Source: Mayamaea pseudoterrestris
Lineage: Eukaryota
Direction of reading: 5' to 3'
NCBI GenBank assembly: GCA_027923505.1
Contig: BROI01000014.1
Span: 372,001 to 436,000, forward strand
DNA: 64,000 bases
Part shown: positions 30,532-42,424 of the stretch, in pieces
Layout: each line of letters starts with the position of its first letter
How positions within the stretch are numbered: the first letter of the stretch is position 1
The notes under the pieces: model-generated
The model's input: only the letters and a program-made list of their open reading frames with translations
Told to the model about the DNA's origin: nothing
The model's database searches: none
Position numbers and translations under genes: made by a program

Positions 30532-32014
30532 TTAAATGTTATCGCGATACGTAATTCCATCAGTACTAAACGGCGGATCAACCTTTATTACCCTTGCTCC
30601 TTCATTTGAAACCTGAGATATGACCAGCTGTCCCTTGATACCAGCCTCCTTCGCCGCTTGAAGCATTGCCCGAGCAACAGCACGATCCGATCGCTCCTTC
30701 TCGTGCTGTGCAAATATATCCCCACTCGCACCAGCCGTAATGGCCATGACCGTCGGCCCAGCGCCGCTCAAATATGCACATGCTGCGCCAGCCGCTTCGG
30801 CGGCCGCAATCATTGGATAAAGATAAGTGTACAGCTTGTTGCCACGTTGGGGCTGATGCATTCGATCTTCCACCCCATACTTTAAGTTGTCGAGATTTCC
30901 CATACATAGCGCATGCACCAGAAACGCAACTCTGCCAATGTTGAAAGCAGCATCCTTTCGACTAATATCCGCATTCAAAACGTTTCGCGCGTCACTGGTC
31001 TTGCCAATAAAGTCGGGAATGAACATGACAAGCTGAAGACCAGCCGGGCAAGGAACGCGTTCCGTGACCCATCGGGTGCCGTTGTGAATACCTACCTGAA
31101 TGCCTCCGTAAATAACGGGAGCAACATTGTCGGGATGGCCCTGCAAATTTATAATTTGAGGATGTCAGACAAAAGGTCTCAACCTAAGCACGCCTGCCTC
31201 AGTCACATGCACCGTCGACATTCGTACCTCGATCTCAGATGCAATCTGCAACAGCGCCTCGGATCCCCAACACGGCAAGCGATGCCCCGCAAGCACGAGA
31301 CCACCTATAATACCGGCTACAATGGCGGCTGATGAACTCCCAAGTCCACGTGCATACGGAATTCTTGAAACCACATGATACTTGAGCGTGGGCATTGGCT
31401 TATTGGCAGCCTCAAACGCCGCTTTGCATCCCACAACGAGGTAGTTGCTGTCGTCAATGGGCATTTGGTCAGCGCCTTCCCCTTCTCCCGTGATTCCAAA
31501 CTTGTCGGAACGTTCAATCGTGACTTCAGTCCATAGATCAACGGCCATGCCGAGTGTGTCGTCTGTGTGACATAAATAGCAAAATGAGCGGAACGAGTCG
31601 CACGAACATCTGGCACTCATTTTCCTCGTCATTTCCATATTCAAAAATCGTTTATAAACAAATCTCTCTCTTATACTCACATCCCGGACCCATGTTGGCC
31701 GACGTTGCGGGAACTCGGACTGTCACAGAATTTCGCGGCAAGGAGTTATCCTCCTCCACCGCCTGCCGCGCCGCCACCTTGATGCGCATCTTTTCCTCGT
31801 GGTTAAACGGATACAGTATGCGTTGACCGTCATCGCCTTGCGCGAATATTTGGAAACTCTGCTGGCGCTGTGGGCGACCATGGTGGGATTGATGTTTCGG
31901 CTGCTCGTCACGCTTGCCGTAGAGTTTCAAAAGAGCGACAGCCGCCAGACCTCCGGCAATGGCGGATCCAGCGGCTGTGACTAGCAGTTTTGTGTTTTGA
32001 TTATTGGATGACAT
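30532..32014 (-). CDS. thrB: Homoserine kinase (GHMP), 3 exons (32014-31681, 31562-31228, 31140-30532)
   Basis: VRVPATSANMGPG/YDTLG across intron 1, IPYARGLGSSSAA, IE/GHPDNVAP across intron 2, DRMHQPQR, LSGAGPT. Confidence 0.95.
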
Positions 32015-32372
32015 GATGTGCTTTTGATACAGCTGCGTTAAGATGGAGCTACCTGTAATTTCAAGGCAGCAAAACAGGAAGGTTGTGTGTGACGGATGGA
32101 GGCGGCCTCGATGTCAACGATGAGCAAACTTTTGTGTCGCATGCGACACTGACGTACTTGATTGTAAACCGGTACGACTTCCAGAGGTAGTGCCCTTAAA
32201 GTGGTTTCGATAACGGTGCGACACGCAAGATTTTCGTCTCGACTCTCTTCCGTGCAAATCATGATGGACCAGAAGAACTTTCGATTGCAACCCAACGAGG
32301 CATTATAATCTATACAAGAAGTTCACACAGAGCATTCCATAGGTATTGTCAAACAGACTCACACACTACATC

Positions 32373-33888
32373 ATGGGATCCGATGGCAACGGCGCCGTCA
32401 CAAAATGTGGTCCACTCGAACTCGTCATCTTTATTGCTGCCATTGTCACGGGGACGGCCTGCTCGGTTTGCTCCAAGACCATGATGCAGCTGCACGCAAT
32501 TGGGTCAGAAGGAGAATTGGAACTGTTTGAAAAGCCAATCTTTCAAACCTTTGGAATGTTCATTGGCATGACGTTTGGACTTGTCATGCACTTGGCCGTG
32601 CTGCGATTCAGCATTCCCTTTCCTGGTTACGTGCATGAGCCCATCGTTGCCGACGCTACCGTCACCAAGACTGGTGCCGTCAAGATTGTGGCAACGGAGG
32701 AAACGTCATTATTGCCGCAGAGACGAAAGTCCATACTGGATCGACAAAAGTCGAGCATGAAGGAAACGCCGCAGTGGATGTTTTTGTTTCTCGGCGTCCC
32801 CGCATTCTTTGACCTTGGAGCAACGGCGCTCTGCATGCTGGGACGTAAGTAAAGAAAGTTTGACTTTTACAATCCAATATTGTCAATATCATCTGATTAA
32901 TACTCAACGCCAATTTCTCATTTCTTGTCTTCTCCCAACAGTCCGCTACATTGACGTTAGCGTCTACCAGTTACTGCGAGGATCCGGCATTATCTTTGTC
33001 GCCCTCATGAAGCAATACGTATTGGGTCATCGCCTGTACAACTTTCAGTGGGTCGGCGTCGCCTTTAATCTGGTGTCTGTCTTTTTAGTGGGATCCACCG
33101 CCATTTTGAATTCCGGCAGTGACGATCGCACCAACGAGCCAAGTGACGCCTTGCTGGGTGTTGTGTTGGTCATGGCGGGAGCGTTTGTGCAGGCGCTGCA
33201 GTTTGTCTTTGAGGAAAAGGTCATGACACTAGACGATGATGCGGCGCCGCCGCTCTTGGTGATTGGCATGGAAGGATTGTGGGGATCCTTTTTGTGCCTC
33301 GTGTTGGTGTATCCTGTGGTGTACTTGTTGCCGGGAGGCGATCACGGAAGCTACGAGGATCCGTTCAACACGTGGTACATGCTCACACACTCGGCGACGC
33401 TGCAGTGGGCGTTTGGCATTTACTTTATTGCCATTTTTGGATACAATCTCTTTGCCGTATTGGTCACGTATTCACTAAACTCTGTTTGGCATGCAATCCT
33501 TGACAACTTTCGACCCATTACGGTGTGGGGCGTTGACATGTTTATCTTTTACGGCATGCCGAATTTGAGTGGACATGGCGAACCATGGACGCCATATAGC
33601 TGGGTGCAGCTACTCGGCATGTGCGTGTTGCTCTACGGAACGGCGATCTACAATGCCCCAAACGCTGGATCTGTCAAGCTGGAAGGCAAATGGTGGCATG
33701 TGTGGATTAACATGACGAGAGAATATTCAGAGATTGAAGTGGAAATGGAGGAAGCTGCCGCGCTCATTGAGTGGGAGGACCGACAGGCAGAGTTCAAGCA
33801 ACGAAAAGTGAGTTCGTTTGCCCAACGATCACCCATGGTGTCGGTACATACGCAAGCGCTTCATGGACTTGGGTCGCATAATATTTAG
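32373..33888 (+). CDS. SLC35F6-like / DMT nucleotide-sugar transporter family protein, 2 exons (32373-32844, 32942-33888)
   Basis: FEKPIFQTFGMFIG, PAFFDL, SVYQLLRGSGIIF, QFVFEEK, GMEGLWG, AILDNFR. About 10 hydrophobic helices. Confidence 0.85.
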
Positions 33889-34092
33889 TACTATTCATTC
33901 TAATGTATCCGTGTCGTATCGTACAGTTGGCAAGGCAACATTGCCGAGATACGATGTAGCTAACTTGTGCTCATTGATTGGTGACGCGGTGTGTCGCGGT
34001 GCGACGAAGTCCGTTTCGACACACCATAATATTGACCATGGCATGGCCATCACTTTGCGCAGCACACACTACCTCACACATGATCTCTGGGA

Positions 34093-35586
34093 ATGGGATT
34101 AGGATTCATCTGCAATGTATTGGCTGGGTTTGCCACTACCAGATTTGCTCTGCAGCAGCAGCAGCAGCAGCCCCCAGTCGTGACGACACAATTGTTTTAT
34201 GCCGTTCCGTCGCATCATCAAGCAACTCATTTACTCACTAATATTGCACGGAATGAACCTGCTACTGCTGCTACTGGCCTCTACATTCATATTCCGTTTT
34301 GTCGAAAGCGATGCAGGTACTGCGACTTTGCGATTGTTCCAGTGGGACCAGAGGCCATGAACGAACGGTCATCCTTTTTGCAAATGGCTCGAAACTACAC
34401 CAATGCTGTGCTTTCGGAGCTCAGTCACACCAAAACGAAGTCTCCTGTGCAATTGCAATCCGTGTACTTTGGTGGCGGAACACCAAGTCTTGCTCCCATT
34501 GATTCGATACAAGCACTGGTTTCAGCCATTCGTTCCAATCGCAATTTTCAGATTGCGCCAAATGCCGAATGGACCATTGAAATAGACCCTGGAACGTTTG
34601 ATTTGGAAAAACTTTGCAGTCTCAAAGAACTCGGATTCAACCGCTTCTCACTCGGCGTGCAGTCCTTTGACGATGCTACACTTGCGTCAATCGGAAGGAC
34701 GCATCGTCGCCAAGACATTTTTGATTCCATTGCCATGCTGTTGCAAGTCTTTGGCGAAAACGTTAATTATTCCATCGACTTGATATCGGCACTGCCTGGA
34801 TTGTCACTGGCACAGTGGACGCATACGTTGGAGACTGCAGTCTCGCTGCATCCGCGGCCGAAACATTTGAGCGTTTACGACTTGCAGATTGAACGTGGCA
34901 CCGTCTTTGGCAACTGGTACAAGAACGGTGATGACGATACAGGTCAAACCCCAACTCGCTTACATTCAGATTTGCCTAGTAGTCGTCGACAGCTCGCCTT
35001 ACCGACCGACGCCGACGCTGCCTTTATGTATCGATACGCATCAGGCTACCTTGCTGCTCGGGGATACGAGCACTATGAAGTCAGTTCCTACGCCATGCTG
35101 CCCAGTGACAAAAATAAACAACCGCAATGGAGAAGCAAGCACAATCAGATTTATTGGGCAGTCCATGGTCAATGGTACGCCTTTGGCTTGGGCGCCACTA
35201 GCTTTGTTGATCATCAAACGCAGGCTCGTCCGCGCACATTGTTTGACTACTACCAATGGGTGAAGGAACTTTCGTGTAGCAACGGTGGCGACAGTGCCAA
35301 TAATGATGACGCAAGCAACCGCTCGTCGGATCTGGATTTGCTGCAAGACATTTGTTTGAAGCGTTTGCGGACAATGGAAGGACTCGATCTTGACTGCGTG
35401 CATGACCGCTTTGGAGGCAAGCGCACCGTCGACGCCATTATGAAAGGCGCTGCACTCGGCATTGAGATTGGAATTGCGAAACGAGATGGACAATTTTTGC
35501 GGCTGACGGATCCAAATGGCCTCTTGTTCTCCAACACTATCATTTCGAGTATCTTTGTCGAGTTGGAAGAAGTGTTTGACGACTGA
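34093..35586 (+). CDS. hemW: Radical SAM heme chaperone HemW/RSAD1 (HemN-like)
   Basis: YIHIPFCRKRCRYCDF (CX3CX2C), YFGGGTPS, RFSLGVQSF, HYEVSSYA, and the HemW-type HNxxYW motif (HNQIYW). Confidence 0.9.
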   Translation: MGLGFICNVLAGFATTRFALQQQQQQPPVVTTQLFYAVPSHHQATHLLTNIARNEPATAATGLYIHIPFCRKRCRYCDFAIVPVGPEAMNERSSFLQMARNYTNAVLSELSHTKTKSPVQLQSVYFGGGTPSLAPIDSIQALVSAIRSNRNFQIAPNAEWTIEIDPGTFDLEKLCSLKELGFNRFSLGVQSFDDATLASIGRTHRRQDIFDSIAMLLQVFGENVNYSIDLISALPGLSLAQWTHTLETAVSLHPRPKHLSVYDLQIERGTVFGNWYKNGDDDTGQTPTRLHSDLPSSRRQLALPTDADAAFMYRYASGYLAARGYEHYEVSSYAMLPSDKNKQPQWRSKHNQIYWAVHGQWYAFGLGATSFVDHQTQARPRTLFDYYQWVKELSCSNGGDSANNDDASNRSSDLDLLQDICLKRLRTMEGLDLDCVHDRFGGKRTVDAIMKGAALGIEIGIAKRDGQFLRLTDPNGLLFSNTIISSIFVELEEVFDD

Positions 35587-35892
35587 GAAATTTGTTGGGT
35601 GTTTTAGTGCGTGGAGCAAGTTCTTTTTTAATATCGCATTTGATTGAGAAAGAGACGCGAACTATAATGTCTCATTTGCTTTCGCCTGGGTCGCAAGATG
35701 AAAGCGACAATGCTACTACTACATCGATCGGAAACATGGGCTGGCTGGAAAGTTGATCACAAGGGTTCGACCTGCCGGGATTCCCTGTACTCGACTGCAC
35801 AGCCACGAGCGTATTCAACAGTGATATGGGAAGCAAGTAAATTTTTAACACATTTCTAATCAAACATTTAGTTACCAATTTAACTGCATTGA

Positions 35893-37272
35893 TCACTGTC
35901 TCTGTCGACTCGCCGCTGGGTTACCCTTGCCAGTCGCTTCCGATATGATGCTCGAGTAGTACGCCATGTCAGCCGCAGTCATGGGTCGAAACGATTCTGA
36001 CGACGATGACGATGCTGCATCCGCGCCTGACGATGACGAAAGCAAATGAAGCTCCATGCCTCCCTTGAGCGCCAGGCCAGCCGCCAGTAGCGGAAGCACA
36101 ATCTTGGCAACAATCTTGGTCAGTTTGCCTCGCGAGCTACTAGACTTTTTCTTTCCAGGCAGATACCAATTGTTGGGAAGCCCCTCGGTGGGTTTCTGGA
36201 GCTGCTTGTCAATGGCGATTGCTGCCACCGATGGCTTCATGCGCGAAATGTCGTCGCGACTATATCCCAGTTTGCGCAGTTCGTCCTTCATGACGTCCGT
36301 CATGACTTGCGGCGCAGTAGCAGCAGCGGCACTTGTTGACGAGTCGTCGGATGCAGCCGCGTTGGTCGCTTGTTGCGAGTCGGCTGAAGCATCCTGTGCC
36401 GCGACGGGCTTTTCCGTCGGCTCAACTTGCGGAGGCTCGGGCACGGACGTTTCTTCGGATACTGGCGTTGCATCAGGAGATTCTTCTTTTTTGGTCTCTA
36501 CTGGATAAGTCTCCACTTGCGCTTCTGGTGCGGCTGCTGCTTCCGTCGGTGGAGTTACTGGCGCTGCTGCATCGTCTTGAGCCACGGGTGCAGCTTCCAC
36601 AGCAGCATTCGCATCATGTTCAAAGCTCGTCGTTTCACCCTCATCGTAGGCATCGGCAAGCTCCATGCGATCGACAAAGGCCGAGCTGTCGCCGTCGTTA
36701 TCAGCAGCAAGGACGGGGGTGAAGCTTTCCGCAGCGAGCGTGGATTCGACGGACATGGGGCTTGGAACAATTGCTTGTAAGATTGGTTCCGACCCTCTAT
36801 TGTCAACTTCTTCACTCTCCGTTTCCATTTCCACCATGACTTGAATGTCAGCTCCAGCAGCTTCCTCCACGGCTTGTTCCTCCTTGTTCCACTCCTCCTC
36901 GTCGGGAACTTCTATTTCAATGTCGGCATTGGAGAGTGAAGTCATGTTGTTTTCTTCGTCAGCTGTAGCCGTCCCTTGGTGTTCGTCGTCGTCTTCCTCT
37001 TCATCCTCATCGTACTCTTCCTCCTCCTCACCTTCTGGCGTTGAGTTCATTGCGCCGCCGCGAATCTCCACAGCAAAGTCACGTTGCGTTGTAAGGCCCC
37101 ACGTATTACGTCTACCGATACTTGCCAAACGACCCTCCAGGGAACACCTTTGGGGCGCGACGAGCCAATTCTTGCTGCTGCTGCTCCATGGCACGTGATC
37201 AGCGGCCTTGGCGAAACAAACATGCAGGAAACATGACTGCAGAAACAGCCTCATTGCTGACGGATGGTGCAT
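35893..37272 (-). CDS. Acidic low-complexity membrane protein with signal peptide
   Basis: Signal-like N-terminus, EIRGG followed by an E/D-rich tract, ELRKLGYSRDDISRMKP motif, TM segment IVAKIVLPLLAAGLAL. Confidence 0.7.
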   Translation of the reverse strand: MHHPSAMRLFLQSCFLHVCFAKAADHVPWSSSSKNWLVAPQRCSLEGRLASIGRRNTWGLTTQRDFAVEIRGGAMNSTPEGEEEEEYDEDEEEDDDEHQGTATADEENNMTSLSNADIEIEVPDEEEWNKEEQAVEEAAGADIQVMVEMETESEEVDNRGSEPILQAIVPSPMSVESTLAAESFTPVLAADNDGDSSAFVDRMELADAYDEGETTSFEHDANAAVEAAPVAQDDAAAPVTPPTEAAAAPEAQVETYPVETKKEESPDATPVSEETSVPEPPQVEPTEKPVAAQDASADSQQATNAAASDDSSTSAAAATAPQVMTDVMKDELRKLGYSRDDISRMKPSVAAIAIDKQLQKPTEGLPNNWYLPGKKKSSSSRGKLTKIVAKIVLPLLAAGLALKGGMELHLLSSSSGADAASSSSSESFRPMTAADMAYYSSIISEATGKGNPAASRQRQ

Positions 37273-37483
37273 CCTTGTCTATAGTATATAGTGAGAGAGA
37301 CTGATGGGTGATGTTCATGGTGGAGGATCGACTTGAGGAGTTTTCGAAAAATTGTGTGTCGCAGCATCAATCGTCATTTCACGCGCGCCATCGCGCCATC
37401 TTCGCGAGCATCACATTTTCGTCGCCTCGACAACCTCTGAAGTCCAGCAAGCTCTCTCTCTAGTAAGCAATCAATTACAATCC

Positions 37484-38479
37484 ATGCTGGTTCACTCGGT
37501 TGCCGATGCAGCATTGCTCTTGCTGATGCTGGCATCGATTTGTGATGCCCTTTCCCATCATCCAATAATACCAGCCGCCTCATATTCGCGTCGAACGTTC
37601 GTCGGCACAGCCATCACGGGCGCAGCAGCAGCAAGCAGTCTTATAAGCAATCCTCTACCAACCAATGCTATTACTCCACAAGTATCATTGTCAAACGCCG
37701 ACGCCAAGAGTCTCTTCACGCAGGCGCGCGCCTACGAGCAGCAAGGCAACCTGCAAGCCGCGCAGCGCTTGTACGAAAAGATTGTCGTGGTGGCACCCGA
37801 TTTTGTCTACGGATGGTCCAATTTGGGAAACACGCAAACGGCGTTGCAGCAGTTGACGGAAGCGGAAATTAGCTACACCAAAGCTATCAACCTGTGTACG
37901 CAACTAGAACAAAATAGTGGTGGTGCATCGCCACAACCCTGCAAGGACTTGTACTTGCTCTACTTGAATCGCGGCTCTCTGCGTCTCAACACGCAGCAAC
38001 CACAGTTAGCGCTGCAAGACTTGCGCCAAAGCAACTCACTCCGCGGCCGACCCGACGACGTGATACTGCCAAACTTGGCGCGCGCCTACGAAGTCAACGG
38101 CCAGTACCAAGCCGCATCCGACGCTTATGTAACATCCATTCGCATGGCTGGCAACGCCGTGGCGCCCTACTGGTTGCGGGCCAGCTTGGTGGAGTTTCAA
38201 CTAGACAATGGCATAGATGGATACGCCTTGCTGCAGCGGGTGCAGAATCGCTTTCCGGATGCGCCAGAGGTCAAGGCGGCGTTGGCTGTGTACTTGTGGG
38301 AGGTGCGTAATGAGCAGGACCAGGCGCGGCAAACGTTTCTGCAGATTCCCAACAAGCAGCGACTCAAGTATAGCTACTGCAGTGATGAATCGAAGGAGTA
38401 TTTAGACAACGTCATTGCGTGGCCGCCGAAAATGAAGGAAGCAGTTCAAGTCATTGCCAAAGGTGTGGGTGACTGTTGA
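37484..38479 (+). CDS. TPR protein, probably thylakoid-lumen targeted
   Basis: Signal peptide LLLLMLASICDA, twin-arginine SRRTFV followed by a hydrophobic stretch and PTNA cleavage site. TPR motifs WSNLGN and YLNRG. Confidence 0.8.
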   Translation: MLVHSVADAALLLLMLASICDALSHHPIIPAASYSRRTFVGTAITGAAAASSLISNPLPTNAITPQVSLSNADAKSLFTQARAYEQQGNLQAAQRLYEKIVVVAPDFVYGWSNLGNTQTALQQLTEAEISYTKAINLCTQLEQNSGGASPQPCKDLYLLYLNRGSLRLNTQQPQLALQDLRQSNSLRGRPDDVILPNLARAYEVNGQYQAASDAYVTSIRMAGNAVAPYWLRASLVEFQLDNGIDGYALLQRVQNRFPDAPEVKAALAVYLWEVRNEQDQARQTFLQIPNKQRLKYSYCSDESKEYLDNVIAWPPKMKEAVQVIAKGVGDC

Positions 38480-38852
38480 TGAATAGCGATTTTGGAGCCA
38501 TACGGATTGAATTGTATTCAAAGTTAGCTCACTCGAAAGAAATGAGAGTGGTGTGCATTGCAAGAGCAATGGATACAATGAGGTTTGCTACGTATTCTGT
38601 CGTTTATTATGTATATAAACATTGTTTTCAAGGTTTACGTAAATATTCGCGACTTAGCCTTGCAGTGACATTATAATTTGGTGCATTTGTGTCAAAGCGC
38701 TTCTGGATCGTCTCGCGATTACCGCGCAGACGATTCCTCGATTACGCGGTTGCCGCACGAAAGCTCTATTGCATAAGTAAAGCTGCTTTAATGAGGCTCC
38801 TAAAGTAGTCTTACGCTATATCGTGATAGTATAAATTACACTCCCTACAGTC

Positions 38853-39644
38853 TCATCGCTTCAACACTTCGACTCGCAGGGGAATGTTATAACCGCCGCG
38901 CAAGCTAATGCAGGCTAGAAATTCTCCAAGTTGCTTCACTTGGGTAGTGCTTGCTTGATCCGACGCAAGTGCGTCAATAAGAGACTGTAGCTCGGTAGGA
39001 TTGTGATCAAGCTCGGCATGGTTCACAGGCTCTGCTCGCAAAGTAATAGTTTCATGCGGCTCAAGGTCGATTCGGAGCTGCTTGGAAAGCTTCTTTCGAA
39101 TATACTTGGCATCGACAGATCCAGAGGTTAATGAACCGGTGGAAGCGTCAGCATTGCGCCATAGTTTGAGCTGTGATCGTGGAACAAGAAATCATAAGCA
39201 TTTCGAGCGAGATAAGACGTAGAACTCGAGAAAAAAGACAGCAAGCATCTGAAATCGACGTACACTTTTATTTCTCAAATAATGCTTGAGAATATCAGCA
39301 GCTTTGAGATCCAAATCTTCTCCATGGCTAGCCTCCTTGGCAAGCCGATCGCGTCGCTGCTCGGTCGTTTCCAAGTCGGGATCCTGCAAACCAAACTTTT
39401 CAAAGTTTTGCCGCGTCGCATAGACGACCTTCTTTTGCGGAATCAAATAGTTGCGCGCAAATCCCGCCTTGACACTGAGAATATCGCCCTCGTAGGCTTT
39501 GGGAGGAATATCCGCGCGAACGATGACGCGGACCGTGTGGGCGGAGCGTACTGCTTGGCGTTGCTGCGGCGCAGTGATCGTACTTTTAACGATAAGCAGA
39601 CTAACTTCATTGCGACAAAGATTTTTGGTGATGAAGAATGACAT
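38853..39644 (-). CDS. rplI: Mitochondrial-type ribosomal protein bL9, 2 exons (39644-39264, 39170-38853)
   Basis: [25 protein letters not shown] (L9 N-terminal signature). Intron 39171-39263 is GTACGT..CAG. Confidence 0.9.
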
Positions 39645-39874
39645 CCTTTGAATTAAACTGGCGATTGTTCTTCCCTTTTATGACTTCGGGTGGATGCGTT
39701 TTGAAAGGCGTCGTCCTCATGGTCGTCGTCTTTTGCCGCTACGACATTACAAGTACCGGTACGATGACAGAAACTGATCTCAGGATTGCCGCGCCGCGCC
39801 GCGCCGCACTTTACGCAAACTTCGAACTCCAGCAGCAGCAGCGGGAACTTTGTACCGTCAGGAATATCAGAACC

Positions 39875-41134
39875 ATGGCCGAGACTAATCAGCATCCAAC
39901 GGATGAAGAGTACCAGAAGGTAGTTGTCTATGGCGCTGGTATTGAAAATGCCAATGGCGAGTATCGTCTTGTTGGGCGGGGCGATGGCGATTCTCCCACG
40001 TACGAGAAGGAAGGACGTGGAGACGTAGCAACGTCCTCAATTAAATGTTGCGGGGGGACCTGGACTATTTACACGAATGGAAAGGCTTGTTACCAAAGTA
40101 ATGAATGTCCTTCTGTTTCACCGCCATCGAGACTCTGGTGGTGTGTTGGATCGGAAAGTAACGTGCTTGAATCACTACCCCCGCCGGTGCTTGTCTTTGA
40201 TAATAAAACGATGCTTGACTGGCGTCAGGAACCCTCTGAAAGCTTTTCTGATTACAAGATATTGATTGCTGGTGGAGGCAACGACAACCTGACTGAGTAT
40301 CACGTTCACAAGCTTATCATTGCGAATGGATCTGCTTATTTCCATAATTTACTCAATCATAATTTCATTGAAGGCGAGGAGAACGCAAGCTTGATAGAGC
40401 TAAATGAGCAAATGGCAGCAGTGTTTCCGCATTTATTGGACTACATGTATTGGATGTTTTCAGACCAAGGACGTGTCGGACAGGTGCAAGTGCCTTTACC
40501 AGCTACACATGTCAGTCTTTACAAACTTGCGGATTACTTCGAAGTGCCACATCTTTTGCGTGACTTGAATCTTCACCAAATTTATGATAAAAGAGGCTTT
40601 GTCTGGGAATATTTGATTCCTGCACAGGCGCAAGGCGTACAACAAGTCATTGACGTCGCCTTAGAATACTGTGCACCGTTGTTATGGAAACTAGGACATC
40701 GTCAAGACATCAAGCTTGTCACTCGAAACATGACTACCCCGACGCTGTCGATCTTGATCCAACACCCAAAAGAAAACCGGAAGAAGCTTGAAAGTGACTT
40801 ACAAGCCAGTCGCCTGCTCGCAGCGTTTTGCGAAGAACATGAAATAGATGCGGATACCTTTTCTACTTTAACCGATGCAAGTGTGATGCAATCTATTTCT
40901 CCTTGTGCGGCGTGGCCTTTGCTCAAGAAGGAATCGGAACTGATTGGCCGAGATACCATCTTAACAGACCTTCAACGACGCTGCATCAAGTCTTTGTCCG
41001 AGAATTTCGTTAAGCTGCAATTTAGCGACATGGAAGCAATTGCATCTCAGCCTCTCCTTTTTCGTGAAGCGTTTTTCAACGCGGTGCAGCAGCACGTTCG
41101 TGAGAGTTCTCAAGTCTCAGATCCTGATGAATAA
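39875..41134 (+). CDS. BTB/POZ domain protein with N-terminal GAG-NG-Y...PP..W domain
   Basis: SFSDYKI..YHVHKLIIANGSAYFHNL..FPHLLDYMY..LADYFEVPHL (BTB). Confidence 0.85.
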   Translation: MAETNQHPTDEEYQKVVVYGAGIENANGEYRLVGRGDGDSPTYEKEGRGDVATSSIKCCGGTWTIYTNGKACYQSNECPSVSPPSRLWWCVGSESNVLESLPPPVLVFDNKTMLDWRQEPSESFSDYKILIAGGGNDNLTEYHVHKLIIANGSAYFHNLLNHNFIEGEENASLIELNEQMAAVFPHLLDYMYWMFSDQGRVGQVQVPLPATHVSLYKLADYFEVPHLLRDLNLHQIYDKRGFVWEYLIPAQAQGVQQVIDVALEYCAPLLWKLGHRQDIKLVTRNMTTPTLSILIQHPKENRKKLESDLQASRLLAAFCEEHEIDADTFSTLTDASVMQSISPCAAWPLLKKESELIGRDTILTDLQRRCIKSLSENFVKLQFSDMEAIASQPLLFREAFFNAVQQHVRESSQVSDPDE

Positions 41135-41310
41135 TCTCTATCGGAGCTGCTTGTCGATACGAGTAAGCGTTGACCGAGCAATAATTGCACAACAAGCTTT
41201 GTAAGTCGGCGGAACCTTGATGTAGCGATAATGCACAATTGTACATCACAAGGTACTTCGCATTAGATACGAAAAAAGCTCTAAATTTAAATGCATTTTC
41301 TTTACTACTT

Positions 41311-42115
41311 TCATGGAGCTAAGTCTCCGTGTTGTTGCTGCTGTCGACTCTGCTTCTTAGCCAGCGTCTTTTGCTTGATCAAATCCTCATATTCTCGTCG
41401 CTCGCCCCAATTCTTCTTGGCCTTTTTCCTCCATGCGACAAAGCCAATCATTCCAAGTACATTGGTGTAAAAGCCCATTAGAAACGACCGAACCGAGTAA
41501 AACTTGCCACTGGCGGTTGTCGCCTTGGACTTGATTTCATTGACAATGACCACGTATTCGGATCCTTCGGCAAGATCGGCTGGAACGACTGTTGTACAGG
41601 GTCTTATCCATTTGCCGTTGCATCTGCGGAAGGAAAAGGTTATTGAATGAGTTAACTTTTCGTAACAGAATTACGAGTTCTAACGCCCCATTCGCATCCA
41701 TTACATTCCTTCATCAAGCCTGCGATACTCACAATGCTTCACACGTTCCACATTCACCCTTGCCGCAACCATATTTAATGAATTGACCCGCCTGCAGCGC
41801 CACGTCTCGCAGCGGCTGCCCGGGTCGCGCCAAGTACAGTTTGGTCGAGTTGCCCTGCTGGAATCGAACGTTGATGGTGCCTTTAATGCCCTTGCCTGCC
41901 AAGTCTAGTGGAGGTCCCTGTTCGGCCAATGTTTGCTTCTTCTTCCACTTTGGATCGTAGGTTTTGCGGCCTTCGCCGGATAATATGGCAGAAAGTTGTG
42001 GCGAACGGAGTGCGCCGCGCCTCGAGGATGCAGCAGTTTGTGACGAAATGGAAAAGGCGGATGTCACGGCCAAAAAGACGGCGATGAATAGAATGAGCGT
42101 ATTACGGCAAGTCAT
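41311..42115 (-). CDS. Plastid-targeted 2Fe-2S ferredoxin-like protein, 2 exons (42115-41733, 41623-41311)
   Basis: Signal peptide ending VTSA-F. YGCGKGECGTCEAL/CNGKWIRPC across intron 41624-41732. C-terminal hydrophobic helix. Confidence 0.85.
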
Positions 42116-42424
42116 TTTTATTGTTTTGTATTTCTGTTGGTTTCAGCAAATGTCGAATGAAGCAATCAAGCTTGTCGCAGGCAATTTTCGTCGAATTGGA
42201 TGATGGCCAGCCATCAAGTCGGGTTTCGCAAGATGGTTTCCGTATCTCTGAAGGTTCAACAACCGGGTTGCTTCGAGATTGCGTTCATCAAGTCTGTTGA
42301 TAAAAGTCATAAAAGATACCGAACGCAGATGCCTGACAGACACAAAAGAGACACGGAGAAGCCTTTTTCGCGCGCACTGGATCTTCCTTTCGCACTATTT
42401 TTCCCCAACCAGCCAGCCATCAGG

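Noticed and set aside
34093..35586. Calling this gene the coproporphyrinogen dehydrogenase HemN
   Set aside because: The HNxxYW motif and lack of the HemN N-terminal extension point to HemW/RSAD1.
39638..39874. Apparent overlap of the BTB ORF 5' end with the bL9 start
   Set aside because: The upstream in-frame extension is probably untranslated; ATG 39875 (ACCATGG context) gives an ordinary divergent promoter.
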